Below are positions 26,403 through 40,139 of a stretch of DNA of 64,000 nt, piece after piece. The translations under genes were made by a program, and so were the position numbers. Position 1 is the stretch's first letter; each line of letters begins with the position of its first letter. Source of the DNA: Eledone cirrhosa (Eukaryota); NCBI GenBank assembly GCA_964016885.1, contig OZ024741.1:175212001-175276000 (forward strand), in the 5' to 3' direction. The notes below the pieces were generated by a model. That model was not told the DNA's origin. It was given only the letters and a program-made list of their open reading frames with translations, and searched no databases.

Positions 26403-29400
26403 TTGTTTCCTCCCGTTGCATTGTATTTTCTACGCCATCTTTATTTAGTCTGTTTATATATTTATTTATTTGTTTATTTTATTTTGTCTTCTTTGCGCAT
26501 GCGTTTGCGTGTGTGTATAGTGTTTTGTTTGATGTGTGTTCGTGATTAGGTGGCTGTGTATTGGTTAATGTATTCTATCTTTACCAGTGTGTGTTTATAT
26601 GTTTGTTGTTATTGTGCTTGTGTATGTATTTATTTATTTATTTATTTATCTATTTATTTATTTATTTATACTTATCTTAGGTCAGTGTTGTTTGTTTGGG
26701 TGTTGTTGTTATTCCATTCATTTTTTGTTTAGCCTTGGCCTTCTAAGTTCTATGTTGCAGATGTGCAACGAAAGAACTTTGATAAACTATATATATGTGT
26801 TTGTGTCTATATTGTATCTGTATTTTTGACTGTTGGTCAGTCAATGGCAACATTGAGGACCGAATAAATTAGATTACCGATATAAAGGACACAGAAGCGA
26901 AAAGCGAAAACCAACCAAACAGTGAGTGTGTTCTGTTATTAATTCTGGCAATATTACACAAATATGTCCCTCCCCAAGTATAACAATATTTGTTTCGACA
27001 CACGATTTCATATCAAAAATCTCGCAAAACTAATTCATCGCCGCTACGGCATTAGCTTGTGCCAAGCTGAAAGGTTATTGAAAGACACTGTTTTTTGTTA
27101 TATAAAAACTACAATAACAACAGAACAAATTCGCCTCTTAAAACACTGTGTTTCCTCCAAAATATACACAACAAACATATCAAAACAAGTAAATAATTTA
27201 TTATTGAACAAAACACAAGCTGAACGACTAAAACACACAATAACAGTTAATATGAAAAGAACAACATACACAAAAGTCAACGAACTTTACAGACAGAAAC
27301 GCATTAAAGGTAAGGAAGTCCAAAATCTCACCACACCAAACGAAAGGGATGACTTCATGAGCGTCATCCGAAGTGAAACGAAATACGCCCGAAACGATGC
27401 AATAGGCATTTCAATAAGAAATTAGAATGGATGAATAAGAAAAAACTAGAAGAAAGGAAAATAGAATATTCTCAAAAATACCCAGATAACATCAACAATA
27501 TCCGTATGGCTGATGTAAAACTACCGGAAGAATTTACCAATGACCACACAGTAAATATTTATTTACGGTAGATATAACGACAACCCCTTAGAGAAACTAT
27601 TCTTCAACCCAGCTGACAAAACATATAAGATGGGTAATATCTATCCTACGAGGTTACCCTTTAATAAAAGAGTTTGCATACCACAACAAATAGATGACGA
27701 GACAGAGGCACAGTTCACCATAGCTAGAAATAAGATTAGACAAATAGTAGACCGGTACACTAAGAGACAGAGCAGACCAGAGGCCCAACAACTTGGGAGG
27801 AAACCTGTAGAAGGCTTGGTTAGCCTCAAGCAGCGCACAGGGATGGTGAGGTAGTATGTCTACCCACGGATAAGTCTGGTAGGATGTCAATAGATAGCAT
27901 GCCGAACTACATCAAGGCTATGCAACCCACGTCACCAACACGAGGGAAATTGCACAGCAAATACATGATGGGAGAGAGAAAATCCTCAACGGTTACGTGA
28001 TGATGTGGACCGACATCCTAAAGCCAAGCAGACGCACTGCCAACAACTTCCAGGCGTCTAACAATGGCATACTACCCTTGTATGGGCTCCGCAAAGACCA
28101 CAAGACAGTCGACGACCCGACAACAGGACCACCAACAAGACCCGTATGCGGAGTAAATATAGCTAGCAACTACAGGATCTCCTACTTCCTCTCAATGGTT
28201 ATACGCCCCATAATCAAGATGTCCCCAGATGTATGTGACAGTACAGAGGACCTCCTCAGCAGAATCAGTGAGTGCAACAAAAACAGGAACCTATCCAACT
28301 GCATAATAGGCAGTATGGATGTGGTATCACTGTACCCATCCATTAACATTGATTTTGCTGTGGAAAAATGTGTGGAGATGATCATTGAGAGTGAGGTGGA
28401 GTTCTGCGACGTCAACACAGACAAACTGGGCCTCCTACTTAGACTTACCTACGACACTGACTACCTAGACAGCCATGACCTTAGACGTCTCTGCTCCAGT
28501 AGACCCATAAGAGGTAGACCCCCCACCATAACCTCAATGGCTAAAAAGACTCCCATGGGAAGGTGGGTTGGGTGGACCAAAGCCATACGGACCCCCCAAA
28601 ACAATGATCAGGTAAGAAAAATGGTCGCACATGCAATAGGGGCTAGTATCAAAACTACCCTAAAGGGCCACATATTCAAATTCAACGAGAAGATCTACAC
28701 CCAAAATGAGGGAGCAGCCATTGAGGTCAGCATAGCTGATGACGTTGCCAACCTTTTCATGGTATGGTGGGAAAGGAGACTTAAAGATCTCCTTAATGAG
28801 AGCTCCATAGACCTCATCATGTCTATATATCAATATAGTTATAAGAACATCCCCACAAGAGAGCACTAACAAGTTTGATTTAGAACGTAGCACGATGGAA
28901 AGCATCCAGCAGATAGCTAATTCCATACACCAGAGTATAACTGTAACTATTGACTACCCTTCCAAACACCCTAACAATAGACTACCTGTATTAGACACGG
29001 AACTCTGGATTAACACTATAGACGAGAGAGCCAAAATTCTCCACTCACACTATGCTAAATCCATGGCCTCCAAATACCTGATACTCAAAAACTCAGCAAT
29101 GTCCAGTAGTGCTAAGTTTAATATTCTGATCGCAGATTTGGTACGAGTGATGAAGAACGTGTCCCCGATGTGCGACCCAACAGAAATGGAAAGACACATC
29201 CAACACTTAATCAACCGCATGCTGTTCTCTGGCTACAACCAAAGAGACAGAATCAGAGTATATGAAGGAGCCACGGAGAAGTATAAGACCCTCATAGAAT
29301 TGGACATGAAAGGAATTTGCCCATTATACAGGAGCAAATCATGGAATAGCTTAGATAGGGCTAGACATAAGATAGGGAACGCCACTTCATCGTACGACAA

Positions 29401-30235
29401 CCAGAGATACCAGAGTGTCATGTTTATGGACGCTACCCCTGGAGGGATATTAGCTAACCAGTGTAGAAAGGCCCTTAGAAAGACCCACTTAAAGATTAAG
29501 GTGGTAGAAAAGCTAGGAACCACCATAAAATCCCTGATCAGCAAAACCTACCCTTTTAAGAAAACCCACTGTACTAATAGGAAATGTATCATATGTAAGG
29601 TAAACCCCCGGATAAACTGTAAAACTAGAAACGTAGTCTATAGCATAAGATGTACAGAGGGTACTTGCAGAAACATGACAACAACATACATAGGCGAGAC
29701 AGCTCGTAGCATAGGTGAAAGGATAGACCAACACTGGGGGGGAACTAAAAGGACGAAAAAACGGTTCAGTACTATACGAACATGCCAGACAACAACACAA
29801 CAGTAACATAGACAAGATAGAAATTAGAATAATATCTAAACATAGAAATGACCCAGCAGATAGGCAAATCAGAGAGGCCAGTGAAATAGAACTTAGAAGG
29901 CCAAGGCTAAACAGAAAAAATGAATGGAATAACAACAACACCCAAACAAACAACACTGACCTAAGATAAGTATAAATAAATAAATAAATAGATAAATAAA
30001 TAAATAAATAACATACACAAGCACAATAACAACAAACACATAAACACACAGTGGTAAAGATAGAATACATTAACCAATACACAGCCACCTAATCACGAAC
30101 ACACATCAAACAAAACACTATACACACACGCAAACGCATGCGCAAAGAAGACAAAATAAAATAAACAAATAAATAAATATATAAACAGACTAAATAAAGA
30201 TGGCGTAGAAAATACAATGCAACGGAAGGAAACAA

Positions 30236-30282
30236 TAGCACCACTGACGATGTTGCAGATGTGCAACGAAAGAATTTTGATA
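30236..30282 (+). ncRNA. Minimal hammerhead ribozyme (family F)
   Basis: CTGACGA-tGTTGCAgatgTGCAAC-GAAA-GAAT-TT-TGATA. Confidence 0.68.
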
Positions 30283-30540
30283 AACTATATATATGTGTTT
30301 GTGTTTATATTGTATCTGTATTTTTGACCGTTGGTCAGTCAATGGCAACATTGAGGACCGAATAAATTAGATTACCGATATAAAAGACACAGAAGCGAAA
30401 AGCGAAAACCAACCAAACAGTGAGTGTGTTCTGTTATTAATTCTGGCAATATTACACAAATATGACCCTCCCCAAGTATAACAATATTTGTTTCGACACA
30501 CGACTTCATATAAAAAACCTCGCAAAACTAATATGTATAT

Positions 30541-30641
30541 AAAGGGTGTCTCAAAAATGTATACACACTTTGATTACCTGTACAGGCAATATTTATTAGA
30601 ATTCTGTCGAAGTGTGTGCACATTTTTTGGGGACACCCTCT
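30541..30641. mobile_element. Tc1/mariner-type MITE
   Basis: Imperfect TIRs AGGGTGTCTCAAAAATGTATACACACTT / AAGTGTGTGCACATTTTTTGGGGACACCCT in a TA context. Confidence 0.6.
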
Positions 30642-30693
30642 ATACATATATATAAATATTTACACACATACATACACACACACACACACACGC

Positions 30694-30788
<95 letters not shown>

Positions 30789-31591
30789 TATACACATTTC
30801 CCTTCTTTATATTTTCAATATTTAATGATACAGAACAGTTTTTTTTCATTCACTCCCGATAGTATTGTAATATTTGCAACCATCTGAAAAAAGGATTCAG
30901 TAGTTGTAGTACATTTATTTGTGAAGCGAATATTATGGTTAAAGTCCAACCAGACAGCAAAATGTTGAACTTACTCATATCAAAGTAATATAAATTCAAC
31001 CAATGCTTTACTGTGAAAAACCTTCAGACCAATTTAATTATATTTTAAATGGAAGATAACGACCGATTTATATCGTAAACAAATATCTGCATTCAGAGAA
31101 GTTAGACAGGGGACTTACTTGTGGCTTTCCACACTAGATTTATCATTATATGCAATCTATTTCTTAGAATCAATATTTGTGATTCTTCAGTTTAAAAGTG
31201 TTCTTAATCTAGTTTTGAATTTAACTGAAGATAATAACGATAAACGAGATTCACTAATGTAGATATGTAATGTGTACCCGGTGATAATAGACAGAAGCTA
31301 AGGAGGTAAGAGACAGTCACTAAGATAGACGTTTGATGTTAGAGATAATGGGGTGCTCAACTTAAACGATGACGGTATTTAATATTTATTTCCTTTCGTG
31401 TCTGCAGTCAAATACAAACGTGGTCAAAATAAGAGAATATCGAGTTAACTTATTAGATTATACCTCTTTTCTAAATATTGATGGCTTTGTACCAATGTGA
31501 TACATTAGCGACGAATCCATTCCGGAGGTCTGCGCCATGAGGTTAAATCCCGTTGAGATCAACTTTGCCTTTCATTATTTCGTGGTAAATA

Positions 31592-31810
31592 GGGCGGTGG
31601 ATTGGCAGTATCAGTAGAGGTCGGACGCCGCGCTTTGCAGCATAAAGTTACAGCCCTTTATTGTCTGAGTTCAAATCCCGCCGAGGTTAACTTTGCCTTT
31701 CATCCTTACGGGGTCGATAAAATAAAGTACCAGTCACGCACTAGGGTCGATTCAATTGACTTTCCCCTCTCCCCAAATTGATGGTCTTGTGCCTATATAG
31801 GAACCCATTA
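31592..31810 (+). mobile_element. SINE (long form) nested in an older SINE remnant
   Basis: SINE motifs. ATTATTTCG(T/C)GGTAA flanks both sides, resembling a target-site duplication. Confidence 0.85.
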
Positions 31811-32826
31811 TTTCGCGGTAATAAAGTACCAGTCAAGTACTGGGTTCAATCTTTATTTTTTTCTTCCTGAAAAAAAAAAGCTTTAAAGTAACAAAGAAAG
31901 GCAACAAGTGGGTAATACTTTAAAAGTAACAAAAATAAAGCTCTATAATAAGGATCGATGAAACTTGACTAAATGACTGGATTGAAGTTTGGCATGTAAA
32001 GCGTTTGCAAATTAGTCGACGGTGTTTCAGCTCTTTCGCTTCTCTCTTTCCTCGTCTTTCTTTTTTCTTCCCTCTCTCCCTTCCCTCCCTCTCCTCTCTC
32101 GCTCTATACATATTTGATCTAATCAGGCATAAATGTCTTAAATTTCAACGGAAATTTTGAGGGATATTGTGAATTTAATACTGTTTTTGAACTTGTTTAA
32201 TCAAAGGAGGAAAGGCTTTTTAGTAACCTCAAATAATGGTAAAAAACGAAGAAGTTATCCTTAGACCGAAGACCTGTTCCGAATCATTGCAAAAGAATAG
32301 ACTTTGCTAGAGGCAGCCATGTTAAACCGACCAACAAATAATGCTTATTTCAGAGTCATTGGTGGACTATGTGATATGATGTAGAAATCGAACATTGAAC
32401 CCTAATATCGTGATTTCAACATACCAAGAACTGAACAAGTATTTCATTGTACTACATCCAACACCCATCTTCCCATTTTAATAAATCTTCGTGATGTCTT
32501 TGTGCAAAAATTTAGATTGTGTTTGAACAATGATCATTAGAGCGACCATTTTGTTCTTTTCACAAAATGGATTTCTTGAAATTGTCTCGAGTGTACGTTT
32601 TACGGAAACGCTTCTTTCTCCTTAACTTTAACTAATAAAACAATTCGTTTCCATTATTGCTTTGCGTGATACACTTTTCATTTAGACAGTCTTATTTCTA
32701 TTCTCTTTTAGGTTTTAATAATAATTGATGGCTTGTGTAAACTGTGTCCTTTTAGCCTTAAGATGTTTGATAAGTAAACCAATAAATATAAATACTTAAA
32801 AGGTTGTTTCAATGTGACGTATATTC

Positions 32827-33312
32827 TAGGGCGGGTAAAATTCCCGAGATCCATGGAAGAGTTCTCTCCAGCGGTCTCTGTCCTTCATTATCGCTGCCAT
32901 GTCCTGCGTCTCCAACAGACTAGTGTCTGTCCTTAGGGCATCAACATACGTTAACCTTGGTCTTCCTCTTCCAGTATGTCCATGTAGGGGCTCCCACAGG
33001 AGCACTGAGTGCAATGTCAACTCTGGATGTCGGTGAGCATGTCCAGCTAACCCCAGTTTCCTCTGTGTCACTTTTGAGCTGACTTTTGGGAGGCTCCCAT
33101 ACAGCTCTGAGTTTTCATCTTCAGTGTATACTGATTAATGTTCAGAGCCATCCTCAGCATTCTCGTGTAGCACCCATCCACCATCTGAGTGAGTTTCTTG
33201 GTAAGTGTCCAAGTCCCAGACCCGTACAGCAGCACAGACTCCACTACAGCAATGAAGAGGCGGATTTTCAGGTCTTTACGAAGGTCCGACTTCAACACCG
33301 ATCTCAAGCTGT
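32827..33312 (-). mobile_element. RTE LINE 3' fragment
   Basis: ESVLLYGS.TWTLT and AGHAHRH motifs, same family as 47715-49003. Confidence 0.88.
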
Positions 33313-33339
33313 GACGTATATATATATATCTATTCGTTG

Positions 33340-33600
33340 TCAGTTATAAAGTAGTGACTAAGTCACTTACTTATTTTCGGCAAAGGCAGGGACAGGGGCT
33401 GACAGTCTGTTCCTTGCTGTTTGGTGTTTATGAACACCACGCACTCCCCTGCCTTTGCCGAAAATGATAGAATCTGGATTCTTATAGAATTCCAGTAATA
33501 TTCAGGAGCTGATTACGCAGAGCCATTGCCGGTCCAGCAAAAATTAGGTATTAGTATTGATGCTCTGAAATAGCGATGTATACATGAATGTATGTATAGT
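33340..33600 (-). mobile_element. Diverged relative of the family H unit, in (TA)n
   Basis: Shares AGTAGTGAC..TCACTTACTT, TTCTTATAGAATT, TTGCCGGTC and GCTCTGAAATAGC with 42581-43385. HHR decayed. Confidence 0.6.
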
Positions 33601-33676
33601 ATATTTAGCAATATATCGTATGTTTAATATATATATATTACACACACACATATATATTATATATATATATATATAT

Positions 33677-33710
<34 letters not shown>

Positions 33711-33778
33711 ATATTTTATATATATATATATATTATATATATATATATATATAATATATATATATTATATATATATAT

Positions 33779-33970
33779 GGCGGTGGATTGGCAGTATCGG
33801 TAGAGGTTCGGACGCCATGCTTTGACGCATAGAGTTACGGCCCTTGCCATTCTGAGTTCAAATCCCGCCGAGGTTAACTTTGCCTTTCATCCTTACGGGG
33901 TCGATAAAATAAAGTACCAGTAATGTACTGGGTAATTTTCTGGCCTTGTGCCAATAGTAGAAACAATTAT
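33779..33970 (+). mobile_element. SINE copy in (TA)n
   Basis: Full SINE motifs. Confidence 0.9.
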
Positions 33971-33980
33971 ATATATATAT

Positions 33981-36900
33981 GAGAATATTGAAGTTTGCTT
34001 GAAGCATTGCGGAATAATAAGTAAATATCTTTAAGTCGTTTGGAAGCCTCGACAATGCCAATGGGTAAATCTCCGGGTAACAAGGTCTGGTGGTGGAGAG
34101 AGAGATGTAAGTGGGTGTACGTTGAGATGCGTGGTGTGTATGAGATGTGTAGAAGAATGAAGGAAAGAGTATAAAGGATAAAATAAAAATAACAACACGA
34201 GAGAGAGTTACCTTGGGAGAGATTTAATAGTCCCTATATATTTAGGATTCACATCCATCAACTGGGGGTTTTTCCGGGGTGGGGGAAAGGTTGTCTGTCG
34301 GACAGGTGCGAAACGCGTCCTCCGCTGTTTGTTGTTTTGAATATCTGAGGTATTCGGCAGAGCGCGTGTGTGCGTGAAATGGGGTCGGTCGGGCAGAGGT
34401 CAGCGGCCGAATGAGGCAGTGGCGTGGCGCTAGCTGTCAGTCCATTCTCTGCCTGTTTGTTAAATGTTACTGTGTGTGTGTGTGCGTGTGTTGTTGTCTC
34501 GCTTGAGTGTGTGTGTGTGCGTGTGTTGTTGCCTTGTTCCTCTGTATTGGCAGTGTAGTATGTTCGTATGGTGGAATGCTACTGTGTGCGTGTGTGTGTG
34601 TAGTTGTCTCGTTTGTGTGTGTGTGTGTGTGTTGCTGCATCGTTTGTTAGCTTAAACCAGCCATCTCATTTCGCTTCTCTCTGATCGGTTGTTTATTTGC
34701 GGTTGCAAGCGTTTGATAAAAAGCGCTTCCTTGATACGTAACGTGCCAACGTTTCTTTCAGTCGCTAGAATTGTGACAATGGGCCTTCCGTCTTTGTTTC
34801 CGCATTTATCTATGTGTTTCCGGAAAGACGAGGCCCTGGTTTTAGTGTGTTTCTTGATCCGGATGTGCAAAGGTCGGATTGTGCTACCTATGTAGTATTG
34901 GTTGCACCTGTCACATTCTATCTTATACACTACGTATGTGCGTAGGCAACAGTTCGCATGGCGTATCGGGCAGTCTCTGAGGGAGCATGCGTCAGTAGAT
35001 TTCCCGGGTTTCCTGGAGAGGCATCTTCGCAGGGAGGGGCCCGAGTGGGCCAGGTGGATGTCGAGGCCCTCCCTCCGTATAGCCTTGCGGATAGCGTTGG
35101 TGGTATTCTCGCCCAGGTGTGGCATTTTAAGGAAGCACTTGCCTTGGGTGCCTCTCTGTCTCTTGCGTCTGGTGTCTCCTATTCTGTCTGTGATCGAGGT
35201 AGGGTACCCGTTCGTCTCCAGCACCTCGAGGAATCGCTTGGTATGAGTGACACCACTCGCGGGATCGCTGCATCTGTTTTTGATTCGCGCGATCTCGTTC
35301 GTGATGTATCCTCTTTTGGCACTGTTAGGGAGGGCGGACTTGTAGTGAACGAACAGGTCCCTGCAGGCTGCCTTTCGGTAGAAGTTGCAGTGGATCCTTC
35401 CCTGTTCCGTGATGTTGATTCGGAAGTCGAGGAGGGCAAGTGACCCGTCTTCGTTGGGGTGTTCAACACTGAAGTCAATGTTCTCGTCCGTGTTGTTGAA
35501 CGTCTCATAGATTCTGTTCGCCGTGTCTTGGGAAGATGTGAGGATGAGGATATCGTCCACGTATCTTGAGAAAAAGGCTACGGCGTTGGGGTGGCAGGCG
35601 TTGAGTGCCTTGCGTTCGAGGTTGTCCATGTAAGAGATCGCTAGCACACCTGATAGGCTTGATCCCATGGGCAATCCCGATGTTTGTTGGTATGTTTAGT
35701 CAAGGAATCCGAAATAGGTGTTGTCGACGACGATGGATAGGAGTTGGTAGATGTCAGTGGTGGTGAGCCCGAAGCAGTGTAGGTCGGTGGATTGGACGCG
35801 TTCCATCAGTATATTGACGGCCGGGAGTGCCGGGACCGAGGTGTAGAGAGCGACTACATCAAGGCTGAAGGCATATCTGTTATTCCTTCTGGTGTCGGGA
35901 TCCATTTGATGCAGGCGCTTCAACACCTCGGAGCTGTTAACGTTTCTCCTCAATGTGTCTAAGATGGGTTTGAGTATTCTGGCTAGGAGCCATGACATTT
36001 TGTAGAGTGGTCCCTCCACGCTCGATACGATGGGCCTGACCTTCAGGTCGGTCCCTGTTTGTGTGTTTTCACGAGGTGGTAGAAGACGGGTAGTCTGCTG
36101 TTCCTCGTGAGGAGGTTGTATCTCAGCTTCTTCGGGAGCTTCCGCCGGTCGCAGATGTTGGTCCAGGCGGCGTTGATGTGCTCTTCTATCTGCGCGGGAG
36201 TGATTCCCGTGACCTTGGAGTAGAGGTTGTCATCGTCAAGGTGTTGGCGGGCCAGGGTGTTGTAGGCCTCTCTGCTGATGACGCAGAATACTTTTCCCTT
36301 GTCGGAGGGGAGATAGATGAGGTTCTTCGATTTTAGGTTGGAGAGAGTGGTGAGTTGAGATTTGGTGAGGTTATGTGTTGTGCGTGTGTGTGTGTGTTTG
36401 TGAAGTATATCCGAGATGGAGTGTTTTAGCCTGATGAGTTTAGTGTCGAGTTCGTGGTTGGTGGGTGCGGGGTAGAGTGGGTTGTCGGGGTGGTAAGTGA
36501 GGAACTTGGGGTGGGTTGCGTGGGCGATGTTATTTTCTGTGGCGCTGTTGATGGCGGTCACCCATTTAAGTTGGTAAGCAGCTCGACAAAAGTTGGCCTC
36601 GATGTTGAGTTTGAGTCTGTCGTCGAGACGTTGTGAGACGATGAACTTGGGTTCGAGGTGTGGGAGTTTCAGCTCGTCGCTCGTGAGAGTGCCGGTTAGG
36701 TCAGTGACCAGGTGCGTCGCATCGTTGAGGTATGGCTCGGTGTTGGTGGATGCGGCGGTGGCGGTTGTTAAGTTGTTGTTTCCCACGTGGTTCTGGTCCG
36801 CCTGTTCGTTAGTGTCGATGTTCTCGTTGTGGCGTTTCGACAAGATCCACTCATATTTTCGCTTGAGCCGTTTTTTCTGGTATTGGACTCTGGAGTGGTA

Positions 36901-37372
36901 GCACTGGTCGATTGCTTTAGTGATTTTCAGGAGCAAGTCCCCGGGTGCTATTGGCAATCGATGTGTCCGCTCTGAGAGTGTTCGCTTATGAACGTGTAAT
37001 TGGCGGTTGAGATGTCTCAGGATCTGTTTAATACACTGCCGAATACCTCAGATATTCAAAACAACAACAGCGGAGGACGCGTTTCGCACCTGTCCGACAG
37101 ACAACCTTTCCCCCACCCCGGAAAAACCCCCAGTTGATGGATGTGAATCCTAAATATATAGGGACTATTAAATCTCTCCCAAGGTAACTCTCTCTCGTGT
37201 TGTTATTTTTATTTTATCCTTTATACTCTTTCCTTCATTCTTCTACACATCTCATACACACCACGCATCTCAACGTACACACACTTACATCTCTCTCCAC
37301 CACCGGATCTTGTTACCCGGAGATTTACCCATTTGCATTGTCGAGGCTTCCAAACGACTTAAAGATATTTAC
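33981..37372 (-). mobile_element. Penelope-like element G (Penelope/Poseidon-like) with inverted pLTRs, in (TA)n
   Basis: ORF pieces 36043-36957 (PSDKG, FYHLVKTHK), 35696-36019 (SLDVVALYTSV) and 34652-35674 (PMGS, RYVDD, VVY..C..C..YIGST). 34021-34360 is the reverse complement of 37036-37372. Confidence 0.92.
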
Positions 37373-37444
<72 letters not shown>

Positions 37445-37502
37445 ATTATATTATATATGTATATATTATATATATATATATATATTATATATATATATAT
37501 AT

Positions 37503-37536
<34 letters not shown>

Positions 37537-37544
37537 ATATATAT

Positions 37545-37576
<32 letters not shown>

Positions 37577-37740
37577 ATATATATTATATATATATATATA
37601 TATATTATATATTATATATATATATATATTATATATATATATATATTATATATATATATATACATATATTTATATATATATATATATATATACATATCTA
37701 TATATATACATACATATATTTATATATATATATATACATA

Positions 37741-37810
<70 letters not shown>

Positions 37811-38465
37811 CATATATTTATATATATATATATTATATATATATATTTATATATATATATATTATATATATATATTTATATATATATATTATATATATTA
37901 TATATATATTATATATATATATTATATATATATACATACATATATTTATATATATATATATTATATATATATATTTATATATATATATATTATATATATT
38001 ATATATATATATTTATATATATATATATTATATATATTATATATATATATATTATATATATATATTATATATATATACATACATATATTTATATATATAT
38101 ATATTATATATATATATTTATATATATATATATTATATATATTATATATATATATTATATATATATATATATATATTATAAATATATATTATATATATAT
38201 AATATATATATCTATTATATATATATTATCTATATATATATCTATTATATATATCTATTATATATATATTATATATATCTATTATTTATATATTATATAT
38301 ATTATATATATATATATTATATATATATTATATGTATTATATATATATTATATATATATTATATATATATTATATATATATTATATATATATATATTATA
38401 TATATATATATTATATATATTATATATATATTATATATATTATATATATATTATATATATATATT
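37373..38465. repeat. ~1.1-kb degenerate (TA)n tract
   Basis: Direct reading. Confidence 0.95.
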
Positions 38466-38519
38466 TATCCTTTTTTATCCTTTTTTTATCCTTTTTTTAT
38501 TGTTTATTTTTATTTTATT

Positions 38520-38812
38520 TTTATTTAAACATTCCTCATGAAAAATTAAGCTACCCTAAAAGCTGATGCTCCAAAAATTTTTTGAATAAACCTTACACTA
38601 GATAAACTTCTATATTAAATATAAGAACATATGTAGACCAATTTGGACATCATAAACCTTTTGAAATGATCTTTGCTAGATGTGATTTGATAGATAATTT
38701 TTGGCTTTGTCTTCTAATGAACTTGGCAATATATTGTCAATTAACTTTGAAGGGTTGATCTTTGTGGTTTATTTTTATTTTTTATTATTGTAGTATTTTA
38801 TAATTATAATTA

Positions 38813-38846
<34 letters not shown>

Positions 38847-40000
38847 AATATCTTTAATATGTAAATTTTTAATACGTAATATTTTTTAATACGTAATATT
38901 TTTTAATACGTAATATTTTTAATATGTAATATTTTTATTAGTTAATATTCTTTCGTAATTTTTTTATTTTTTTAGTTACATATTTTATTATTACTTATTT
39001 TTACTTATTATTATTATTATTGTTATCTTTTTATTTTTTTAGTTTTGTTTCTGATATATATTTTTATTAGTATATTGAAATCTGCTCTCTATTTCTGCTT
39101 GATAGATAATCTTGTAGAGTAAAGACAGGAATAATAATACGCATATATGTATGCTCAAATTTTTATACCACATTGAGAATGTTTTCCGTGAACTTAGAGT
39201 TTGCAGAGTGAATCATGTGGATTCGCATGGATGTTTGTAGCTGTCACATAAACATATGAATTTTTTTAAAACTAAACATAAGATAATTAATTTTCACACA
39301 CTATGGATACTTGTCTCATTCAGGAATACTGATATTTACAATATAGTGTAAGTTTTATAAATACTAATACATTAAAACATAGGGTTTTTACGCCTCGAGT
39401 ATATCTGGCTATTTTTAAATTTTTTCTCTCGCTATTTTTTCCTCTCTCTCTATTTTTTCTCTCTCTATATATCTCCCTTACATTAATACTTGAGCTAAAT
39501 AAATAAATAAATAAATAAATGTATCATTGATACATTTACTCAAAATGACCTCCCACTACCTAATTTTCTATATATATATGTATCTATCTCTATTTCCTCT
39601 CTCTCTATATATATATCTCTTTCTGTTTCTTTACATGAAGTTCTTCGCTTTATCTATCTTTCCATCTCTCTATTTTGTTCCATGCATTTCTTCTTTTTCT
39701 TCCTTTTCTTCGTTTTCTGTCTTTCTTTCTTTTTTTCTCTTTTTTTTTTTTTCTCTCTCTCTTTTTTTTTTTTTTTCTCTCTTTCTTTCTCTCTGTGTAA
39801 AATTTTTTCACTGCCAGCTTAAACCTCTTCAAATGGAAGTCGGTGTTATAACGGTATGTCGAATCTATTTATCTATAAAACTGTTTATATTGTATTTTGT
39901 CTGAGGAAGGCATAGCATATTGTTAATATGATATCCCCGAAATATATATAATGAAATAAATATGGTTTTATAAATATAGTTTCCATTTATTTAATATTGT
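38520..40000 (+). mobile_element. Decayed PLE 3' end (GIY-YIG C-terminus remnant, AT-rich UTR, pLTR)
   Basis: Frameshifted EKL.TLKAD...LNK...NICR at ~38540-38640, HHR at 39893, ends in (TA)n. Confidence 0.5.
39893..39958 (+). ncRNA. Type I hammerhead ribozyme (family I)
   Basis: TATTTTGT-CTGAGGA-[aGG..CATATT gtt AATATG..CCc]-GAAA-TATATA-TA-ATGAAATA, with an 8-bp stem I including two G-U pairs. Confidence 0.72.
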
Positions 40001-40139
40001 ATATATATATTATATATATATTATATATATATATATTATATATATATATCTATTATATATATATTATATATATATATCTATTATATATTATATATATATA
40101 TATATCTATTATATATATATTTTTTATATATTATATATA

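Larger units (their letters stand above)
26155..30533 (+). mobile_element. Full-length but decayed Penelope-like element F (Naiad/Chlamys-like): inverted pLTR, direct pLTR, ORF, pLTR
   Basis: ORF pieces 26964-27425, 27997-28869 (LYGLRKDHK, DVVSLYPSI) and 28895-29806 (DYPSKHPNNRLPVLD, VVY...YIGETARS). The ORF start recurs at the end of the 3' pLTR (30462-30533). 26155-26751 is the reverse complement of ~29888-30487. Confidence 0.9.

Noticed and set aside
28895-29806. Selenoprotein (UGA-recoded) Naiad
   Set aside because: The Cys positions of the Zn-finger/GIY-YIG region are TGT/TGC in an open frame. I saw no in-frame TGA there and identified no SECIS by eye.
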